Assembly (NCBI GenBank): GCA_963833985.1
Contig: CAWIAD010000002.1
Coordinates: 1,696,001 to 1,760,000, forward strand
Direction of reading: 5' to 3'
DNA: 64,000 nt
Origin: an uncultured Planctomycetaceae bacterium
GTDB taxonomy: Bacteria; Planctomycetota; Planctomycetia; Isosphaerales; Isosphaeraceae
This document shows positions 10,813 to 21,757 of the stretch, one piece after another (within the stretch, counting starts at the first letter, position 1; each line of letters begins with the position of its first letter). The notes below the pieces were generated by a model. The model did not search any database and was not told where the DNA came from. It saw only the letters and a list, made by a program, of their open reading frames with translations. The position numbers and the translations under genes are program-made.

Positions 10813-10907
10813 CGGCGTGACCAGACCGGGCGCACCTGCCATAAGTGCGCCCGCGTCTTTATACAGATTGATTGGACACCAGAACGAGCTCCGTGTCCAG
10901 ACCCCGC

Positions 10908-11880
10908 TCAGTACCCCAGCGTTTTCCGCACGAACTCGCGGCTCAGCTTCAGGCTCTCGCGGAGGGGACGGGTGGGATGAAAGCCAGTTTCGTGGGCCAG
11001 CTCAATCACCGCGATGCCTGAGAACGGCACGTCGTGCAACGCCTTGCCGATGGCCTGGAAGTCGGTGCAGCCTTCGCCCATCGCCTCGGACCACGTGCCG
11101 TCCGCTTTCTGGTCGCGGAGATGCAGGAAGACGATCTCCGAGCCGTGGTCGTGGATGAACTGGACCGGGTCCACGCCGCCCCGGATCAGCCAGTTGAGGT
11201 CGGGACCCAGCTTGACATCAGGTATGCGCGCCAGCGTCCCCTTCAGGTCGTGAAGCTGGTTCTCAACCTCGTAAGTATGGTTATGCAAGTTGAGCACCAC
11301 CCCATGGTCCTTGCACAGCGCCATGAGCGTGCGGAGCAGCTCCGCCTGGGCATCGAGCTGGGCCTCGGTCTTCGGTCTCGGTGCGTGGCCGACCGACGTG
11401 CCCAGCGTCTTGCCGCCGAGCGCTTCCAGACGCGGGATGATGAGCCGGGCGTCGCTCAGAACCGCGGCATGCCGGCTGCGGTCCCACATGGCGCCCTCGA
11501 AGGACATGCCCAGGACCGGAAGTTGATGCTTGTCCTTGAGCGCCTTGATCTGTGCGACCGAGTCCGCTGGCCGCAGCGCCGTGTGCATCAGCTCGATGCC
11601 GTCGATGCCGGCATAGGCGACGTCGGCAAAGATCTGGTCGAGGATCGGGTAAATGTCGTATCGGGGCCGGGTGGCGGCGTAGACCCAGGGGTGTGCGCCC
11701 ACGGTCACCCGCGGCGCGGAGGCTCGCGAGCGCCCGCGCTCCTGGTCTCACGAGACTCGCCGCGACTGCCAGGGCCGACGCTTTCAGGATGCGCCGACGG
11801 GAGAGAGTGCTCGAGAGCAGGGGATCCGCTGCGTTCGCCGTGCTGCGAGTCCGGACGTAGGTTCTGGGATGCCGTTGCAT
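10908..11880 (-). CDS. Sugar phosphate isomerase/epimerase (xylose isomerase-like TIM barrel) with Tat signal; one frameshift near 11708
   Basis: SRRRILK Tat leader after a GGAG RBS. GIDGIE, LHNHTYE, PDLNW, FLHLRD and GIAVIE are in the adjacent frame. Confidence 0.85.
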
Positions 11881-12059
11881 GAGGAACTCCTTTCGTGGAG
11901 AGATGGACCTCACGTGGAGGTGATGCCGAGCCCGGCATCCGTTTCAGAATTCCGCCTTCCCGATGATGTCGACCGAGCTTGTGACAAGCCAGGGGTTCAG
12001 ACGTTTCTCTCACTCTTCATTCGCTGGATGAGGACGGTGATGCCGAGGCCAGAAGCTCG

Positions 12060-13241
12060 CTATTCTGCTCTGGCGTGGGCGACTGGAACCCTCACACCGG
12101 GCTGTGCTCCAGCGAGTCTCAGATAATCCGCGATGGCTTTCTTCCCGTACCTGGTGGCCACGTCGAGAGCTGTCTCTCCGTTGTGGTTGACCGCGGTCAG
12201 GCTCGCGCCGCGTTCCAGCAGCAACTTCACCACGACGAGCGTCGAATTCCGCTCGCAGGCTTTATGTAAGGGCGTGTCGTTCCCCTGATCTCTCACGTCG
12301 ATCTCAGCGCCGTGATCGACCAGCCACCTTGTTCCTACGATATCGCCCTGGTGTGCGAACGCGTGCAACAAAGTGCGAGCTCTCCGCTCGTTCACATCGA
12401 CACCTGATTCCAGGCAGAGCGCCGCAACATCGTAGTTTCCTTGACCATGTCGCTGGAAATGCCCCAGGGCCGCCAGCAGGGTTTCGCTCGTTGGCTGCCA
12501 TCCGTGTCTGATGAGTAATTGAGCGATCCTGATATTTCCGCCGCGAGAGGCACACAGGTGAAGAGGACTACCGCCACGATCGAGTTCCGCTCCGGGAGCC
12601 GAGCTTCGATCCAGTAACAGTTCAACGCAAAGAAGCAGTTCGTCTGCACGCGTTGGATTGAGTTTTCCCAGCTCAGACCTGCAAGCAAAATGGAGCGCCG
12701 TCATCCCCCTTTCAAAAGCACAATCGGCGGTCTTGCTGACCAGAGCGGGATCTGCGGACAGCAAGTCACGCAACCGATCCACCAGGCCCAAGGCAGCGGC
12801 CGTGAAGACGTTTTGCTCGGCTCCCGACTCAATGAGGGCGTTCATGATGTCGACATGGGGTCCGACGGTCGCCGCACAGACCAGATGAAAGTCCGGTTTC
12901 GCGCCCTGCTGGATCAGATACCTGACCAGTTCCACGTGGCCTGGTTTCTTGGGAGCTGACTTGAAGTCCATGACGGCCAGGGCGAGCAGGTAGTCCCTGT
13001 TGCCGGCATCAATCAGACCCCCGTGCTTCTTGACCGCCGCAAGATCACCTTTTTTGACGAGATCCTGAATACGAGGCGGAGCTGCATCACCAGACTTGCT
13101 GCTCCTGATCGCATAACGCGTGCGCCTCCGCTGGTTGACGCACGAGCGACACAACTTCTGGAGTCCATCCGGCTCCTGATTGCTGTGGTAGAACGAGGAG
13201 GAATCCAGCAACTGGTGGCATACTCGACATTCCTTCTTCAT
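12060..13241 (-). CDS. Ankyrin-repeat protein with an N-terminal CxxC...CxxC zinc-binding module
   Basis: TALHFAC, SPLHLCA, TPLHKAC and GETALDVA repeats; N-terminal CRVC...CRSC. Visibly lower GC than the flanks. Confidence 0.85.
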   Translation of the reverse strand: MKKECRVCHQLLDSSSFYHSNQEPDGLQKLCRSCVNQRRRTRYAIRSSKSGDAAPPRIQDLVKKGDLAAVKKHGGLIDAGNRDYLLALAVMDFKSAPKKPGHVELVRYLIQQGAKPDFHLVCAATVGPHVDIMNALIESGAEQNVFTAAALGLVDRLRDLLSADPALVSKTADCAFERGMTALHFACRSELGKLNPTRADELLLCVELLLDRSSAPGAELDRGGSPLHLCASRGGNIRIAQLLIRHGWQPTSETLLAALGHFQRHGQGNYDVAALCLESGVDVNERRARTLLHAFAHQGDIVGTRWLVDHGAEIDVRDQGNDTPLHKACERNSTLVVVKLLLERGASLTAVNHNGETALDVATRYGKKAIADYLRLAGAQPGVRVPVAHARAE

Positions 13242-13500
13242 TTCATGCTGGCCTTGAGGCTGGGTGCAGCCGACATAAGCCTGGTACCCAGGTTATGTCC
13301 TACACCATCGTGCCGGCCGATGCCAGGAGGGCGTCGGAGCGTCGTTGCTTTGAAGTGGCTGACCGGCCGTTGACTTCGCGGGTCCCTTGAGCGGCGGGCC
13401 GGTGAGAGCGATGATCGAGGAGACGCGCCGCGGTCCGCGCACCGCCGGTCGTGCCCTCCACGCAATCCCTCCCCTCGACGAACGATGAGGAGCCATCGCC

Positions 13501-15708
13501 ATGACGAGCTTCGTTCTTGCTTCCTTGCTGGTCTCGGCTGCGATTGTACCGTCCGAACCCGGGCCGGTCCGGCTGGCCGCTCCTTCCTTCGTGGCCGAGA
13601 TCGATCCGCACACGGGCACCTGGTCGCTGGTGGATGCGAAATCGGGCGTGCGCTGGCCAACGGAGGGATCGGCAAGTGCCGGTCGGGCGAAGGGGCTCGA
13701 GGGCGGGTTCGGCTCGGTCACCTCAACGGCCCGGAGCAGTCAGCTCACGAACCAGAACGGCAGCACCGTGACCTTCGCCCTTGTGGATGACAACCGCTCG
13801 CTGGAGATCCGCTACGGGGGCAAGGACCCGGACGAGATCCGGCTGCTTGGCGATGCGTCGCTGATGACCGATCGTGAGCAGGGCGGCATCGTTGTTCCCT
13901 GTCGCGAAGGCCTGCTCATTCCGGCCGGCAGCGGGGTTGCCTTTGAACACGGGTTCGGCAGCTCCGAGTACGAGGGCTGCCACATGAACATGCTCGGGAT
14001 GATCAAGCGTGGCAGCGCTCTGATGATCACCTGGGATGGGGCCGATGTCTGGCCCGAGGTCCGCAGTAAGCTGACGGCGGGCAAACCACAGCGCCAGGAG
14101 CTGAGCGCCGAGGTCCGGCTGCGGCAGTCGGCCCGCTCGGTGCGGTTGACTCCGCTGGGCCCGGGCGACTGGAACACACTGGCCGCGGGCTATCGGCGGA
14201 TTGCCGAGCAGAAGGGGCTGGCGGTCACGCTGCACCAGAAGATCGCGCGAAACGCTCACGTCGAGCAGCTCCTGGGCGCGGCGAACGTCAAGCTCTGGAC
14301 GTGCCTGGAACGCCGGATGAGCGAGGACAGCACGCGCGTGGAACGGACGCGGGTGCACTGGACGTTCGACGAGGCCGCGCAGGTGGCCGAGCATCTGAAG
14401 CGCGACCTCAAGATCGATCGCAGCCTGTTCATCATTGGTGGCTGGACCGAGGGCGGCTACGACTGCCGGCACCCCGACAATCTGCCGGCGAACCCGGAGT
14501 GCGGGGGCGACCAGGCGCTCGCGGCCGCGCTCCGCCGCATTCAGGATCTCGGCGACATCGGCTGCCTGCACGATAATTACCAGGACATGTACAAGGACGC
14601 CCGGAGCTGGGACCCGCGGTTCATCCAGAAGCGGGCCGACGGGTCGCTCATGGCCGGCGGACGATGGCTGGGCGGCCGCGCTTACCTCGTCTGCGCACCG
14701 GAGCAAGTGAAGCTGGCGATGCGCCCGCAGAACCTGCCGGCCATCGCGGAGCGATTCGCGCCGGCTGCCTATTTCATCGACACCACGTATGCGGTCGGTC
14801 CGCAGGAGTGCTTCGATGCCGCGCATCCGCTCGGCCGCAACGATGACATCGCCTGGAAGATCAAGCTCAGCGAGGCGGCCCGCAAGACCTTTGGCATCTT
14901 CGGCAGCGAGTGCGGCCGCGAGTGGGCCGTCCCGTGCAGTGACTTCTTCGAGGGGCTGGTTGGTGTGGGCGGTCATGACTACCACCAGCTACGGCCCGAG
15001 CAGCTTGGTGCGACGGTCATCCCGTTCTGGGAGATGGTCTACCACGATTGCGAGGTCTGCTATGGCAAGTACGGCTACGACATCCACCGCGCAGGGGAGT
15101 ATGTCGCCCACCACCTGCTGGCGGCTCGTGCGCTCAACTACCACTCGATTCCCGATCATCTCTACTGGAAGGCGCCTCATGGCGACGAGCAGCCCTCCGG
15201 CGTGCTGGCCTGCTATACGCGCTGCGATCAAGGATGGGCCGCAGGATTCCACCCCGTCGATGTGTTCCTCAAGAACACGCAGGAAGTGCTGGGCCCGCTC
15301 CAGCAGGCCACTGCGCACGAGCGGCTGACGCGCTTCGAGTTCCTCGATGCCCACCATGCCGTGCGCAGGGCGACCTATGGGGAAAGCCAGGAGGCCACCG
15401 TCGTCGTGGTCAACTGCGGAGCCACCGAGGCGCGCGTCGAGTCGCGTCTGGGCGGGTCGGTGTTGCTGCCGCCCTGGGGGTTCATCGTGGAAGGCCCCAG
15501 GTTCGCGGCCTTCTACGCCCGGCACTGGGGCGGGCGCGATTATCGCGAGGGCGCGCTCTTCACCCTGAAGCCCGCGGGCGGCCAGGTGCTGAACCAGGCC
15601 GCCCACGTGCGGGTCTTCCACGCGTTCGGCGATCCTCGAATCGACTGGCGCGGCGCGAGTTATTCGGTGCGCCGCGAGGAGGAGGTCGCGGCGCGAGGGT
15701 CCCGCTGA
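13501..15708 (+). CDS. Secreted glycoside hydrolase-like protein (DUF5696 / GH101-GH129-like)
   Basis: Signal peptide after a GAGGAG RBS. GGYDCRHPD, LHDNYQDMY, YFIDTT, GSECG and PFWEMVYHD. Confidence 0.65.
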   Translation: MTSFVLASLLVSAAIVPSEPGPVRLAAPSFVAEIDPHTGTWSLVDAKSGVRWPTEGSASAGRAKGLEGGFGSVTSTARSSQLTNQNGSTVTFALVDDNRSLEIRYGGKDPDEIRLLGDASLMTDREQGGIVVPCREGLLIPAGSGVAFEHGFGSSEYEGCHMNMLGMIKRGSALMITWDGADVWPEVRSKLTAGKPQRQELSAEVRLRQSARSVRLTPLGPGDWNTLAAGYRRIAEQKGLAVTLHQKIARNAHVEQLLGAANVKLWTCLERRMSEDSTRVERTRVHWTFDEAAQVAEHLKRDLKIDRSLFIIGGWTEGGYDCRHPDNLPANPECGGDQALAAALRRIQDLGDIGCLHDNYQDMYKDARSWDPRFIQKRADGSLMAGGRWLGGRAYLVCAPEQVKLAMRPQNLPAIAERFAPAAYFIDTTYAVGPQECFDAAHPLGRNDDIAWKIKLSEAARKTFGIFGSECGREWAVPCSDFFEGLVGVGGHDYHQLRPEQLGATVIPFWEMVYHDCEVCYGKYGYDIHRAGEYVAHHLLAARALNYHSIPDHLYWKAPHGDEQPSGVLACYTRCDQGWAAGFHPVDVFLKNTQEVLGPLQQATAHERLTRFEFLDAHHAVRRATYGESQEATVVVVNCGATEARVESRLGGSVLLPPWGFIVEGPRFAAFYARHWGGRDYREGALFTLKPAGGQVLNQAAHVRVFHAFGDPRIDWRGASYSVRREEEVAARGSR

Positions 15709-15759
15709 TCCGCTGCTGCGCGGCAGCTCAGGGGAACGGCGCATCATGAGGCGGGGGCA

Positions 15760-18142
15760 TTATTCATCCTCCGCCTCCACCACCTTCCACTCGTGCACGC
15801 CGGCGGCCCACTCCTTCTGGAGCTTCACGGCCAGGCGGAGGGCGGTGGTTGTGACCGGGGTGAAATGAACCTCGCACCAGCCGTCGAGCTTGATGGGGTA
15901 ATCGGAGCTGCCGGCGACTGGTTTCCAGTCATCGCCGTCGCGATACTCGATGTGCCACGACGCCGGCAGGCGGCAGGCGCCCCGGCCGGTGTCGTCGAAC
16001 CAGTAGAGCTTCGAGCCGCTCACGGCCACGGGCTTCTTCCAGGTGTATTGCACCCATTCCTCACGGTCCCGGTGCGGCCACCAGTGGCAGAGCGCCGAGG
16101 GCTGCTCGCCACTGCTCTTTGGCTCGAGACCGTCATTGATGCCCCAGGGCTGGCTGTTCCCGCTCACAAACGACAGGCTCACCCTGGCCTGCGTTTCCAG
16201 ACCGCCGGCCGCGGGGGGCCGGGGTGCCTCGGGCAGCCACACCTTCATGGGACCCGGTTTGCGGTTGTCCCAGGCGTAATAGGGGATGGCGGTGATTGGC
16301 ACCCGGCGCGGGGTCGCGACGGCCTGATAGAGCGCACTGTTCCACTCGGGTTCGGCTGCCGTCTCGGCGAACCCCTCGACCGCGACCACGCCGCCGAGCA
16401 GGTCCGTTCTCCTGTCAGCCTTCAGCTCGGCCCCGCGCGGCAGCACCAGGTTGGCCAGCGGCTCGGGCTGATCGCCGGCTTCCAGGCAATAGACCAGCGG
16501 CCCGCGCTGGATGGCGAGCTGGCCGGTGTCGGACTGGACGTGCGGATTGGCGGCAACCCGCTGCACGGGCATGGGAAGGTTCAGCTCGACGGCGTCGCCT
16601 TCCTTCCAGTCGCGCTCGATCACGATGTAACCACCCTCGACCACGGGTGCCGTGACGGCCTGACCATTGACCGCCAGGCTTGCACCCTGGCACCAGCCGG
16701 GCACGCGCAGGCGAAGACTGTAGTTGCCGGCCTGATTGCCGTGCGGCCGGAGGGTCACCTTGCCATCCCAGGGATACTCGGTCTGGACATCGAGGGTCGT
16801 TTTTCGGCCCTTGACCGTTGCGGTCGCCGATCCCTGGATGTACAGGTTCACCCACAGGCCGTCGTCACTGGTGGCGTAGGCGTAGCCGCCCAGCGCGGCC
16901 AGAGTGCGGGCCACGTTGGGCGGGCAGCAGGCGCAGCCAAACCAGGGCGAGCGGTGGTGATGGCCCTCGCTTTCCAGCGGGTTCACGTAGAAGAAGCGCT
17001 TGCCGTCAAGCGAGACGCCCGCCAGAACGCCGTTGTAGAGGGAGCGTTCGACGACGTCGGCGAAGCGGGCGTCGCCGTAGAGCAGGGCCAGGCGGTGGTT
17101 CCACTGCGCCAGGGCGACCGATGCGCAGGTCTCCTGGTAGGCCGAGCGGTTGGGCAAGTCGTAATCACGGGTGAAGCCCTCGTTGGAGGCGCTCGGGCCG
17201 ATACCTCCGGTGATGTACATGTTCCGCTGCGTGGTGTTTCGCCACACGCGGTTGATCATCTTCAGCAGGGACGTGTCGTTCGTCTCTCCGGCAATGTCGG
17301 TGGCGCCGCTGAGCAAGTAAGCCGCTCGCACGGCGTGCCCCTTGATGTTGCGGTGGTCGCAGATGGGCACGTCGTCCTGCCAGTAGGTTCCGTCGTAGGC
17401 GTCCTGGGGCGTGTGGTGCTCGGTGGCGAAGAACTTGCTGCCGCGGTTCTGGATGAAGAACCGGGCGAGATCGAAATAGCGCTTCTGCCCGGTGGCACGC
17501 CACAGCTTCACGAGCGCCAACTCGATCTCGGGATGCCCGGGATAGCCCATGCGCTTTCCCGGTCCAAAGACCGAGTCAATGTGATCGGCGAGCCGCGTTG
17601 CCACGTTCAGGAAGCTGGTCTTGCCCGTGGCGCGATGGTGCGCCACGGCGGCCTCGATCATGTGGCCGGCACAGTAAAGCTCGTGGTTGTCACGCAGGTT
17701 GGTCCAGCGCCTGTCCGGCTCGTTGACAATGTAGTAGCTATCCAGGTATCCATCGGGAAGCTGCGCGGCGGAGAGCTTTTCGATGATGGCGTCAAGGCGC
17801 TTTCTCGAGCACGGGATCGGGATGCGACGCCAGCGCGTACGAGGCGGCCTCGATCGCCTTGTAGATGTCTGAATCCATGAAGACCGGCCCGGTGAATCCG
17901 CTTCTTGCCCGGGCCGCGGCGACTTCGAGGTTGCGAATGTTGCCCGATTTCTCGAGCATCTCGAAGTTGAGCGGCAGCGAGGCTGTCCGGTTGGTTTCCT
18001 GCCGCGGGCTCCAGAACGCATCGCGGATCTGCACGTCGGTGAAGGGGATCTGCCGCAGCCTGGCCAGCGGTGCGTCCGCGGCCAGCGCCAGTGCGGGACA
18101 TCCCAGGAACGCGAGCCCGCCGAGAATCAGGAATCGTCTCAC
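15760..18142 (-). CDS. GH127 beta-L-arabinofuranosidase-like protein with a C-terminal discoidin-like domain; one frameshift near 17800
   Basis: DSDIYKAIEA, HELYCAGH, GHAVRA, ETCAS, FFYVNPL and CACCPPN. Signal peptide from GTG 18142 after GAGGAG. Confidence 0.9.
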
Positions 18143-18279
18143 GAGAAGCTCCTCACAACGAATCGCCCGCTTGCGGTTCCCGTGCATGATCGCACGAGGG
18201 AGGGTCGGACCTTGGCCTTGAGCGTAGGGCAGCCGGGGTCTCGGAATCAAGATCGAGCTGCCCGCGGGGATGAGGCGCA

Positions 18280-19413
18280 TCACCGAATCGCGCGCACGGC
18301 GTTCAATGGAATATGTCGAACTCGTGATTCCGATCCGGCCGGGAGACGGTCCCGCGTTTGCCGGGGACGCTCCGGGCCAGTCCCGAGGTCCAGGGTCAGC
18401 CCTCTCGAGAGATCAAGATCCACCAGCCGGCCATGCAGCGTTTCGCCGCGCGTCTCGACGCGCACCATGGCTCCCAGGTGCTCGCTGCGGGCGCGCCAGG
18501 CGTCGCTGAGGACGCCCGGTCCGCTCTCCACAATCCGTTCGTAGCAAGCGTCGAACCGTTGCACCAGGGCACGTGCCAGCGCCGAGCGGTCGACCGGCTG
18601 GCCGCCGTTGAGGACCGCCACGGACGTGGCACTTGACTGAAGTTCGGGCGGGAAGGCATCCAGGGCGATGTTCACGTTCAGGCCGACGCCGATGACCACG
18701 GCCTGAGTTCCTGCGTCGTGCTGGCGGCCGGAGCCGGTGCCGCGCAGCGGGCGGAGCACTCGCTCCACGAGGATGCCGGCAATCTTGCGGCCCTCGACGC
18801 GGACGTCGTTGGGCCACTTGATGCGGGCCTCGCGGCTCGTCCACTCCGTGACGATCTCGGCGGTTACGAGGGCCGCCATGGCCGTCAGCCAGGCACTCCC
18901 CGCGTGCGGATCGAGCTGCGCCGAGGTCAGGGCGGCTGGCGGGAAGACCAGGATCGACATGAGGATCGACGAGCCCGACGGCGCCGTCCAGCTTCGACCG
19001 CGCTGGCCCCGGCCCGCGGACTGCTCCTCGGCAAGAACCACCAGCCCGTCGTTGGCCAGGGCCGAGCCCGCGCGTGCCGCCAGGTCGTTGGTGCTCTGCA
19101 CGCGGCTCCAGACCGCGATTCTGCGGCCGATCCGGCGCGTGGCCAGTGCATGCTCGATCTGGTCGGGGCAGAGCCTGGGTGCCGGGCCCCGATACGCCGC
19201 GCCCAGGTAGGGATGCCGCTCGATCTGGAAGCCGAACCGTACGAGAGCGTCCAGGTCGTCCCAGACGCGGCCGCGGTCCACTCCCAGGCACGACATGGGG
19301 AGGAAGCTGCCGCCGGCCTGCTTGAGCCTTTGAAGCAGGCCAATGTTCAGGCCGGCCGCCCCGGTGCCCGTGGCCAGCGGAGCCCTGCCCGCGTTCCCGC
19401 CTTCCATCGGCAT
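18280..19413 (-). CDS. birA: Biotin-[acetyl-CoA carboxylase] ligase
   Basis: STND, QSAGRGQRGRSW, IKWPND, KIAGILVE and GVGLNVN. Confidence 0.92.
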   Translation of the reverse strand: MPMEGGNAGRAPLATGTGAAGLNIGLLQRLKQAGGSFLPMSCLGVDRGRVWDDLDALVRFGFQIERHPYLGAAYRGPAPRLCPDQIEHALATRRIGRRIAVWSRVQSTNDLAARAGSALANDGLVVLAEEQSAGRGQRGRSWTAPSGSSILMSILVFPPAALTSAQLDPHAGSAWLTAMAALVTAEIVTEWTSREARIKWPNDVRVEGRKIAGILVERVLRPLRGTGSGRQHDAGTQAVVIGVGLNVNIALDAFPPELQSSATSVAVLNGGQPVDRSALARALVQRFDACYERIVESGPGVLSDAWRARSEHLGAMVRVETRGETLHGRLVDLDLSRGLTLDLGTGPERPRQTRDRLPAGSESRVRHIPLNAVRAIR

Positions 19414-19425
19414 GATGTTCCCTCG

Positions 19426-20343
19426 TCACGCGCTGCCCGGGGAAACTGGCGTGCTCAGGTCCAGCGCGATGTCGAGCGCCGGAGCCGAATGGGTGATCGC
19501 TCCGACGCTGATCCGGTCCACGCCCGTTCGCGCCAGTTCCTGCACCGTCGCCAGTGAGATGCCGCCGGAAGCTTCGAGCTTGATGCCCGGGGCGATGGCG
19601 TCCCTGCGCCGGACCGCCTCGGCCACGGCCTCCGCTGCGAAGTTGTCAACGAGGACCAGATCCGGATCGCACCGCAGCGCCTGCTCGAGCTGCGCGAGCG
19701 AATCGACCTCGACCTCGATGAACGCCGCATGCGCGGCGTGGGCACGCGCCGCGGCCACGGCGGCCGTGATCGGATCGGCAAGGCCCTGCGCTGCCAGGCA
19801 GGCCAGGTGGTTGTCCTTGATCAGGATGGCATCGTGCAGCCCCATGCGATGGTTTTTGCCTCCTCCGCAGCGGACCGCGTACTTCTCCAGCAGGCGCCAG
19901 CCTGGCAACGTCTTCCGCGTATCAAGGATCTCCGCCCCGGTCCCACTCACGGCCGCCACGAACCGGGCGGTGAGCGTGGCGATGCCGCTGAGCCGCTCCA
20001 GGAAGTTGAGGGCCGTGCGTTCCATGGCCAGAATCGACCGGACCGGTCCGGCGAGCTCGGCGATCACGCTACCGCGCTCCACGGACGCACCGTCGGCAAT
20101 GATGGGCCGCCAGTCTGCCTCGAGCTGGAAATGCCGGACCAGGCGGCCGACCAGAGGCATGCCGGCGAGCACGCCGGCCTCCCGGGCCACGATCTTCCCG
20201 TTGGCGCGGGCCTGGCTGGGAAGAGTGGCCGTGCTGGTGATGTCGCCGACCTGGGCCAGGTCTTCCTCCAGCGCCAGCGCGATCAGCGTATCGGCTGCGT
20301 GTGCCTCGGCTTCCCCGAATGAGTAATCAGGTCCCTCGCTCAC
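19426..20343 (-). CDS. nadC: Nicotinate-nucleotide diphosphorylase (carboxylating)
   Basis: ERTALNFL, DTRKTLPG, NHRMGLHDAILIKDNH, EASGGI and ISVGAITHSA. Confidence 0.95.
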   Translation of the reverse strand: MSEGPDYSFGEAEAHAADTLIALALEEDLAQVGDITSTATLPSQARANGKIVAREAGVLAGMPLVGRLVRHFQLEADWRPIIADGASVERGSVIAELAGPVRSILAMERTALNFLERLSGIATLTARFVAAVSGTGAEILDTRKTLPGWRLLEKYAVRCGGGKNHRMGLHDAILIKDNHLACLAAQGLADPITAAVAAARAHAAHAAFIEVEVDSLAQLEQALRCDPDLVLVDNFAAEAVAEAVRRRDAIAPGIKLEASGGISLATVQELARTGVDRISVGAITHSAPALDIALDLSTPVSPGSA

Positions 20344-21601
20344 GAATCGTCTCGGCTCCTCTTCTCCGGTTCCGGCGTGGGATTGACCATCTTTCGATAA
20401 CCCTGGTAGAGCTTGGGAGCGGTCGAATCCGGCGGCGAGTCCATGATGGGGACGATGAGCTCCACCCGCTCCGGCACCTTCTGGCCCCGTCCCAAGGCGC
20501 AGGCGGCGGTGACGGCCTTGCTGATGAGCCGCTCCGGGGAGAACATCGCCACGGCCGCGTACTCGCCGGCCCGCACCATGCTGGAGACGTTCTCGTCCGA
20601 GCTGTAACCGGCAATGGTGAATACGCGATCCGGACCCAGTTCGCTGGCGACATGGAGCGCAGCGGAGATGCCAAGTAGATCGGTGGCCACGACCACGGCG
20701 AACTTCTTTTTCTCACGCAGCAAGGTGCCGAGCCTGGTCTGGGCGGCTTCGAGGTTCGCCGCGAAGCGGATCTCCTCCGTCGCGGTGATCCCCGCGCCGC
20801 GAATCGCCTCGAGCAGTGCCCGGTGGCGATCTTCGGTCAGCAGGTCACCGGCGGCGTTCACCATCACGACGGCGCCCCCTCCGGAGCCAGCTTGGAATTC
20901 TTCGCGTTCCGGACGGCCGATTCCACGAGGGATCGAGAAGTGCGGGTGAACGGTTCGGGCACCACCCGGATGAGGGCGCCCCGGGTGGGCACGGGAGCCG
21001 TCTTCCTGGCCGGATCGACTGACTCTGGCTCCGTCCTGGCCGGTAGGTGTGCGGCGTCGAGCTGGTGGCCCACGACAATCACCGGAATTCCTCTGTCACG
21101 CGCTTGCGTCACTGCCCCGGCCAGTGCAGCGTCCGCCGGATCGATGGGCTCGACGATCAGGGCGAGCGGGTTCTGCTCGGCGGCTCGGCGCACCAGGTCC
21201 GCCTGGGAACCAGGGGTCTCTGGCTCGCCCGGGACGGCGATCCGGATCCGCACCCCGTCCCTGCCTGCCTGGGCACGCGCCGTGAGCTTGATCAGGTCCG
21301 ATTCCGTGGCGTTGCGGCTGGCCGCGATGAGCTCGATCGCCCTGGCGCCGGAGTGCAACGGCACGCTCCCCGGCAGGGACGAGGCGACCGGCGCGGGTGC
21401 CGCGGGAGCCGGGCCCTCAGCGGAGGCACTCGCCGATCCCGCCAGCTCGGGCGGCCGCGGAGGCACGAACGAATCGGGCTGGCAGCCGCCGCTGATCACC
21501 CCGATGACCATCAGCAGCCCGCATCCGCGATGAGCCGATCGAATGCCACGGCTCGACCTGGAAACCTGCATCCGTTGCGGCAGGAAAGTCCGCTCCTCCA
21601 C
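20340..21601 (-). CDS. Periplasmic sugar-binding-fold lipoprotein; one frameshift near 20875
   Basis: ISGGC lipobox-like segment and ALIVEP...[11 protein letters not shown] (class I periplasmic binding protein). The C-terminal half is ORF 20340..20867. Confidence 0.65.
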
Positions 21602-21757
21602 GACAACCTCCGAACTCTCGACCTCGAGCTTACGGGACCAGAATGATGCACGACGATGATGGGTCCATGATAACAGATCGCCCGGCGCGAATCACCCGGT
21701 GGCCGCTTTTCACGCAGGCTGATCGATCGGCGGAACGGCTGCTGGATCGGTTGAGGA

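Noticed and set aside
21511..21757. C-terminal extension of UvrB overlapping the next gene
   Set aside because: One indel near 21812 restores a normal basic tail and a stop at 21758.
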